A DNA stretch of 61,472 nt from Candidatus Acidiferrales bacterium (lineage in GTDB: Bacteria > Verrucomicrobiota > Verrucomicrobiia > Limisphaerales > UBA11358). Position numbers and translations under genes: made by a program. Of this stretch, positions 57,004 to 61,472 are shown one piece after another (the first letter of the stretch is position 1; each line of letters begins with the position of its first letter). The DNA lies in assembly GCA_035499615.1 (NCBI GenBank), contig DATJYM010000341.1, positions 1 through 61,472 on the forward strand, written 5' to 3'. Under the pieces are notes generated by a model. The model was not told the DNA's origin. It made no database searches and was given only the letters and a program-made list of their open reading frames with translations.

Positions 57004-57564
57004 TCATTCGTTCATCCCCCAATGCTGTGGCACTGCCAGCCGTTCGGCGGACGACCGCTGCGGGGCCGCCCCCACCAATGGTTTGCGCGGTTGTGAGCGG
57101 TGGGCAAAAGACCCCGAATTTTTGTCGGTCGATACCTCGTGGCTGCCCAAAAACGTCAGATGGTGTCCTTCCACGAACGCTTTTATTTCATTCCAGGCTG
57201 TCGCGGGACGGCTCCCGGAGTCGGCCTGCAGCGTGAGTACGGCTGCATCCCGAACCCGACGGTGTTCCGCCCAGTTCTTCAGCCAATCCAGCAATCCGGC
57301 CGGCGGAACTGGAGTGTGATATAAGGCCAGCACGATTAAATCTGCGTTGGCGGCGACCGCAATGGTCAAGGCGGCCAGGGTCGGTTGTTTTAGAACATCG
57401 TAGCGCCACGGTTTGATGTCCCATTTGATGGCCTCACCGGCGCGCGCGCCGACGCGTTCCAACAACATAGTGGCGCGCGTGGCCGCATCGAAATCATCGT
57501 AAATGATCACGGCCTTGAGGACCGCGTCGGGAAAAATCTCTTTATGCGTGGTAACCCTATTCAT
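57004..57564 (-). CDS. Hypothetical protein, no recognisable family
   Basis: 186 aa. The ATG is preceded by AAGAGGTG with 7-nt spacing. The alternating beta/alpha-like pattern (AVIIYDD...ADLIVLAL...AAVLTLQ) suggests a small alpha/beta domain followed by a disordered tail. Confidence 0.5.
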   Translation of the reverse strand: MNRVTTHKEIFPDAVLKAVIIYDDFDAATRATMLLERVGARAGEAIKWDIKPWRYDVLKQPTLAALTIAVAANADLIVLALYHTPVPPAGLLDWLKNWAEHRRVRDAAVLTLQADSGSRPATAWNEIKAFVEGHHLTFLGSHEVSTDKNSGSFAHRSQPRKPLVGAAPQRSSAERLAVPQHWGMNE

Positions 57565-57755
57565 ACAAATTCACCTCTTTACTGTATTCCGACAGTGCGG
57601 ATGCAGAATCGGTTCAACCATGTGGATAATTTTTTCGGGTGGATTTCCGTGCCGGTCTGGGCGGGGCGGTCCGGAACTGCGCGGCAAATCGAAACCAAGA
57701 AAAACAGGGAAGATTTACCCGTCATCCCGCGCGGCACCTTATCGAAAGTTGGTTG

Positions 57756-58601
57756 TCAAACCTCCTTGACCACACCCCAATAGACATCGAGGTGTTTGCC
57801 GAGATAGACTTTTACGGCTTTGACCAGCACGTCGGCTTCAACCCGCTGGCCGCGCGCAACGATGTCCTTGAGGGTCATGCCCGGGCGGATCTGAAACGAG
57901 CCCTGCGCAATAATGGGCCCTTCGTCCAGCCTCATCGAAACGAAGTGGGCCGTGACGCCGGCGATTTTCACGCCGCTTTCATACGCCTGCCGATAGGCCT
58001 GGGGCCCGGGGAAACTCGGCAACAGCGACGGATGGATGTTGATGATTTTGTTTTTGTACCGCCACACGAAATTGGGTGAGAGAATCTTCATGAACCGCGC
58101 GAGCACCACAAAATCAATCTCGTATTCTTCGAGCAGTCGCAAGGCCCGGGCCTCGGCCCGGGCGCGGTCGTTCCAGGGGATGCGTACGAACGGCAGTTTG
58201 AATTCTTTGGCCAGCGACGCGAGGTCGGGGCGGTTGGCGAGGACCAGCACCGGGTCGGCCTTGATTTCGCGCCGGTGATGCGCGGCCAGGAGCGCCGCAA
58301 GGCAGTGCGATTCCCGGGTGACCATGAGGGCGAAGCGCTGGCGACGGTTGGGTTCGGTGAACCGGATTTTGATTTCCATGCCGAGTTGCCGGGCGAGCCC
58401 CTCCAGGCCCGTTTGCAGGGTGGCGGCATGGCAATCGCTTGCAAGCCACGAGGCTTGCAGCGTCATGCTGAACTGGCCGCGGGTGACTTGCTCCTCGAGC
58501 GCCTCGATGTTGGCCTTCTGTTCGAACAGAAAGGCGGTGACGCGCGCGATGACGCCGGTCTTGTCACGCCCGATGACAGTGATGGTGGCAAATTGCCTCA
58601 T
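57756..58601 (-). CDS. purU: Formyltetrahydrofolate deformylase
   Basis: The ATG at 58601 gives an ACT domain (ITVIGRDKTGVIARVTAFLFEQKANI) followed by a formyltransferase domain (NIHPSLLPSFPG). Confidence 0.9.
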   Translation of the reverse strand: MRQFATITVIGRDKTGVIARVTAFLFEQKANIEALEEQVTRGQFSMTLQASWLASDCHAATLQTGLEGLARQLGMEIKIRFTEPNRRQRFALMVTRESHCLAALLAAHHRREIKADPVLVLANRPDLASLAKEFKLPFVRIPWNDRARAEARALRLLEEYEIDFVVLARFMKILSPNFVWRYKNKIINIHPSLLPSFPGPQAYRQAYESGVKIAGVTAHFVSMRLDEGPIIAQGSFQIRPGMTLKDIVARGQRVEADVLVKAVKVYLGKHLDVYWGVVKEV

Positions 58602-58696
58602 TTTTGGTCGCGCCAGACTTTGTGGCTTTTTTGGGCCAAAACGCAACTTTTTTTCACTGTGGTTGTTGATATAACCAAGTAATCTGAACGACTTAA

Positions 58697-60448
58697 ATGG
58701 GTTTTAGCTCAGTAAAAAATCTGGTGGCGACGGTGGCCGAGACGACTTCCGGCCAGTTTGACGACTGGCAGAAGGCGTGGCGTGCGGCGGCGGACAATGG
58801 TTCGACGGAATCGTTGTTGTCGTTCGTGGCGCGCGAACGCGGCCTGGCCGAGGATGTGTTTTTGCAACGACTGGCCAAGTCGCTCGACTGGCCCTATGTG
58901 GATTTGCACAAACACACCATCCCGCCCGAGGCGCGGAACAAACTTTCCACGAAGATCGCCTTTCAGTATTTCGTCCTGCCCACGGCGGTGAGCGACGAGG
59001 CGCTGCAAGTCGTGGTGAGCGACCCCTTTGACGCCGCCATGATGAATGCCGTGCGGTTTGACGCACACAGTCCGGTGCAATTCGCGCTGGCACCGAAAAC
59101 GGAAATTGAAAAGGCCCTCAAAAAATACTACGGCGTCGGCGCGGAGACGCTCGAGGAGCTCGGCGAAGGCGAGCCGATGGAACTGGAAATCGCGAGCGAC
59201 AAGGAGATAACGGAGGACGATCAGGAGGCCAGTGTCATCAAGTTCGTCAACCAGATCATCTGGGAAGCGCACAAAGACCGGGCGACCGACATTCATTTCG
59301 AGCCGGCCGAGGACGAACTGCGGATTCGTTACCGGATCGACGGCATTTTGCACCAGACGCCGATGCCGCCGCAGCTCAAACGATTTCAGGCCGCCCTCAT
59401 TTCGCGCATCAAGGTGATGAGCGGAATGAATATTTCCGAGAAACGCCTGCCGCAGGATGGTCGCATCAATGTCCGCATCAAGGGCGAGGAAATCGACATT
59501 CGCGTCTCGACCGTGCCGACGGTCTACGGGGAGAGCGTTTCCCTGCGTTTGCTCACGCGCGGAAAAATATTCCTGAGTTTGGACAAGCTGGGTTTCGCGC
59601 CGCAGGACGAGGCGATGATCCGTGAGATCATCGTCAAGCCGCACGGGATTTTTCTCGTCACGGGCCCGACCGGTTCCGGCAAATCCACGTCGTTGTACGC
59701 TTTTTTGAGCGCCATCAATTCCGTTCACAAGCGCATCATCACAATTGAGGAGCCGGTCGAGTACGAGCTCAAAGGCATCAATCAAATTGCCGTACGGCCT
59801 GACATCGGGCTGACCTTTGCCATGGGCCTGCGCCATATCCTGCGCCAGGACCCGAATGTGATCATGGTTGGGGAAGTCCGCGATTTGGAGACGGCGGAAA
59901 TCGCCATCCGCGCGTCCCTGACCGGGCATCTGGTATTCAGCACGCTGCACACGAATGACGCGCCGAGTGCCTTCACGCGGCTGATTGACATGGGTATCGA
60001 ACCGTTTCTGGTGGCCTCCTCGGTCGAAGCCATCATGGCGCAACGCCTGGTCCGCACCATCTGCCCGCATTGCAAGACCGAACAGAAAGTGGAGCGGAAT
60101 TATCTGCAAAAAATCGGTTTTCCCGAAGGTGAGATCGACAGCTCGAAATTCTGGCGCGGCGCCGGTTGCGAAGACTGCCGCCAGCTGGGTTATCAGGGTC
60201 GCAAGGGCATCTATGAATTGCTGATATTAAATGAGACGATCCGGCCGTTGATATTGAACCGCGCCCCGGCTTCGACCATTGCGGCCCGGGCCATCGAACA
60301 AGGGATGCGCACCTTGCGCACCGACGGGTGGAACAAGGTGAAAGCCGGGGAGACGACCATCGAGGAAGTGCTGCGGGTTACCCAGATCGAGGAGCACATG
60401 GACGCGCTCATCGGCGATACCAAAACCGAAATGTGGGTCAAGGCGTGA
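58697..60448 (+). CDS. GspE/PilB-family secretion or pilus assembly ATPase (second copy)
   Basis: 583 aa with a T2SSE_N domain (FQYFVLPTAVSDEALQVVVSDPFD), Walker A GPTGSGKSTS, VIMVGEVRD, TGHLVFSTLH and CPHCK...CEDCRQLGYQGR. Confidence 0.85.
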   Translation: MGFSSVKNLVATVAETTSGQFDDWQKAWRAAADNGSTESLLSFVARERGLAEDVFLQRLAKSLDWPYVDLHKHTIPPEARNKLSTKIAFQYFVLPTAVSDEALQVVVSDPFDAAMMNAVRFDAHSPVQFALAPKTEIEKALKKYYGVGAETLEELGEGEPMELEIASDKEITEDDQEASVIKFVNQIIWEAHKDRATDIHFEPAEDELRIRYRIDGILHQTPMPPQLKRFQAALISRIKVMSGMNISEKRLPQDGRINVRIKGEEIDIRVSTVPTVYGESVSLRLLTRGKIFLSLDKLGFAPQDEAMIREIIVKPHGIFLVTGPTGSGKSTSLYAFLSAINSVHKRIITIEEPVEYELKGINQIAVRPDIGLTFAMGLRHILRQDPNVIMVGEVRDLETAEIAIRASLTGHLVFSTLHTNDAPSAFTRLIDMGIEPFLVASSVEAIMAQRLVRTICPHCKTEQKVERNYLQKIGFPEGEIDSSKFWRGAGCEDCRQLGYQGRKGIYELLILNETIRPLILNRAPASTIAARAIEQGMRTLRTDGWNKVKAGETTIEEVLRVTQIEEHMDALIGDTKTEMWVKA

Positions 60449-60481
60449 GCTTGAGTCCGTCACCGCGAAACTTTTCCTGAT

Positions 60482-61472
60482 ATGGCGCGCTGGCAATTTT
60501 GCAACATCCTCCACGTCGGCCCCGACGCGTGCCGCCTCTGGCAGTTCGATGCCAAAGGCGACGGCTTTGCGTTGAATCGCGAGCACACAGGTGCAGCCGG
60601 CGAACCGCTGCCGTTCAACCTGGTGGCCAGGTCCTGGCGTTCCTTGTGGCAACCCCGGTTAAACGTCGCGTGGCTGCCGCCGGAAAACGTTTTTCTGCGC
60701 GTCATCGAATTGCCCCGGAGCAATTTTGAAGAATCCCTGGCGATGGTGGAGTTGCAGTTGGAGAAGCTGTCGCCCCTGCCGGTGGCGCAGGTGGTGTGGA
60801 TGATCCATGTGTTGCCGCAGACGACCTCCGATTTGCAAACGGTTATTGTCGTCATCGCCGCCCGCCACGCGGTCGAGGAATTTCTTGGAAAGCTGGAAGG
60901 CCAGGGTTATTTGGCCGACCGACTCGAGGCGCCCATGCTGGATGAATTGGCCGCCACGCCCGCGACGGGAGACGGCGCCTGGATTTATCCCGCTGCATCG
61001 GCCGGCCAGAATGTCGCGCTGGTGGCGTGGTGGTTTGGCGGCGCGTTGCGAAATCTAAGCTTCGTGGTTTTGTCGCCGACGGGAGACCGTGCCAAAAGTT
61101 TGAAAGATCAACTGGCGCAGTTGACCTGGGCGGGTGAATTGGAAGGGTGGTTGACCGCCTCACCCGCCTGGCACCTGGTCGCCGCCGGCGCGGTCGCCAG
61201 TGAGTGGGAGGGTGTCCTGCTGGCCAGCCTGGGCGAGCCGGTGCAGGTGACCCCGCCTTTGGCGTTCGCCGAACTGGCCGCCCGCACCGCCCGGCGTTCC
61301 ACCCAAAGCGACAACCGCAGCACGATGCTGCCTTCCGAATTTTCCGCGCGTTATCACCAGCAATTCGTGGATCGGTTGTGGCTGCGCGGCCTGGCGGCGA
61401 CCGGCGTTTTGTACGCCATCGGGGTGGCTGTTTATTTCTGCGCAACGACGGTGCTGGGGTATCAGGTGAGCG
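60482..61472 (+). CDS. Hypothetical bitopic protein, GspL- or PilM/PilN-like by position and topology; runs off the right edge
   Basis: My own translation from the ATG at 60482 is open for 330 codons to the window end, which is why it is absent from the track: MARWQFCNILHVGPDACRLWQFDAKG...NVAWLPPENVFLRVIELP...STMLPSEFSARYHQQFVDRLWLRGLAATGVLYAIGVAVYFCA. A ~290-aa cytoplasmic part is followed by an LP-x-E motif and a TM helix, as at PilN/GspL N-termini. It lies 34 nt downstream of the ATPase gene. Confidence 0.45.
   Translation, partial: MARWQFCNILHVGPDACRLWQFDAKGDGFALNREHTGAAGEPLPFNLVARSWRSLWQPRLNVAWLPPENVFLRVIELPRSNFEESLAMVELQLEKLSPLPVAQVVWMIHVLPQTTSDLQTVIVVIAARHAVEEFLGKLEGQGYLADRLEAPMLDELAATPATGDGAWIYPAASAGQNVALVAWWFGGALRNLSFVVLSPTGDRAKSLKDQLAQLTWAGELEGWLTASPAWHLVAAGAVASEWEGVLLASLGEPVQVTPPLAFAELAARTARRSTQSDNRSTMLPSEFSARYHQQFVDRLWLRGLAATGVLYAIGVAVYFCATTVLGYQVS

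Noticed and set aside
58709-60109. 466-aa minus-strand ORF
   Set aside because: It is antisense to the second GspE-family ATPase.
60852-61445. 197-aa minus-strand ORF
   Set aside because: It is antisense to the open-ended plus-strand frame from 60482. That frame follows the ATPase gene and has a plausible domain and TM layout, whereas this product is extremely Arg/Pro-rich.
1-61472. Search by eye for CRISPR arrays, IS elements or transposases, integrases, toxin-antitoxin pairs, restriction or other defence genes, tRNA and rRNA
   Set aside because: I saw no regularly spaced direct repeats, no DDE, tyrosine or serine recombinase motifs, no nuclease or defence-type domain combinations, and no T-loop/acceptor-stem tRNA structures in the intergenic gaps I inspected. 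A computational scan (tRNAscan-SE, Infernal, CRISPR finders) is still needed to be sure.

Overview
This is a 61.5-kb chromosomal window from a fairly GC-rich Gram-negative bacterium. The mix of giant polytopic membrane proteins, low-complexity secreted proteins and the families present suggests a PVC-group or Verrucomicrobia-like organism, but that is inference only. I call about 60 densely packed protein-coding genes, many joined by 1-4-nt stop/start overlaps. I recognised no rRNA, tRNA, CRISPR array, transposase, integrase or phage gene.

Layout:
- (i) 1-2.2 kb: speA (partial, runs off the left edge, missing from the ORF track), a VOC-fold protein and NIF3.
- (ii) 2.3-27.5 kb: a large surface-glycan island. 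It holds a YfhO-like GT-C, five extended or classical SDRs, a Gfo/Idh/MocA oxidoreductase, four methyltransferases (one an NDP-sugar C-methyltransferase), RmlC-like and RmlD-like enzymes, GT2 x3, GT4, GT9, a Wzx-like flippase and an orphan polytopic protein. It also holds a complete GDP-D-glycero-alpha-D-manno-heptose module (hddA-hddC-gmhA-gmhB), a transaldolase and HldC.
- (iii) 27.5-34.4 kb: glycerate kinase, a GntP permease and a ~1450-1490-aa GH13 + GH133 fusion with eukaryote-type glycogen debranching architecture.
- (iv) 34.6-37.2 kb: a TPR/T2SSE_N orphan plus a PilB-like ATPase carrying a near-canonical tandem MshEN (c-di-GMP-binding) motif.
- (v) 37-42 kb: small housekeeping-type genes and an SPFH/NfeD pair.
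- (vi) 41.9-50.4 kb: an ECF sigma factor and a soluble HxxxCxxC anti-sigma factor, followed directly by rhodanese, two methyltransferases, two thioredoxins, two small membrane proteins (one an untracked 57-aa ORF) and an MFP-RND pump.
- (vii) 50.5-58.6 kb: trpE, hisI, a TPR protein, an arylsulfotransferase-like protein, a stand-alone CBM48 protein, an unknown 186-aa protein and purU.
- (viii) 58.7-61.5 kb: a second GspE-like ATPase and a partial GspL/PilMN-like gene that runs off the right edge.

The best candidates for new biology are these:
- The C-methyltransferase/epimerase/reductase trio embedded in a GDP-heptose locus, which may make a branched or heavily methylated heptose.
- The SigR/RsrA-like thiol-sulfur island with its DUF6132-like modules.
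- The bacterial eukaryote-type debranching enzyme.

All functional calls rest on motifs recognised by eye in the supplied or self-made translations. No database search or computation was possible.
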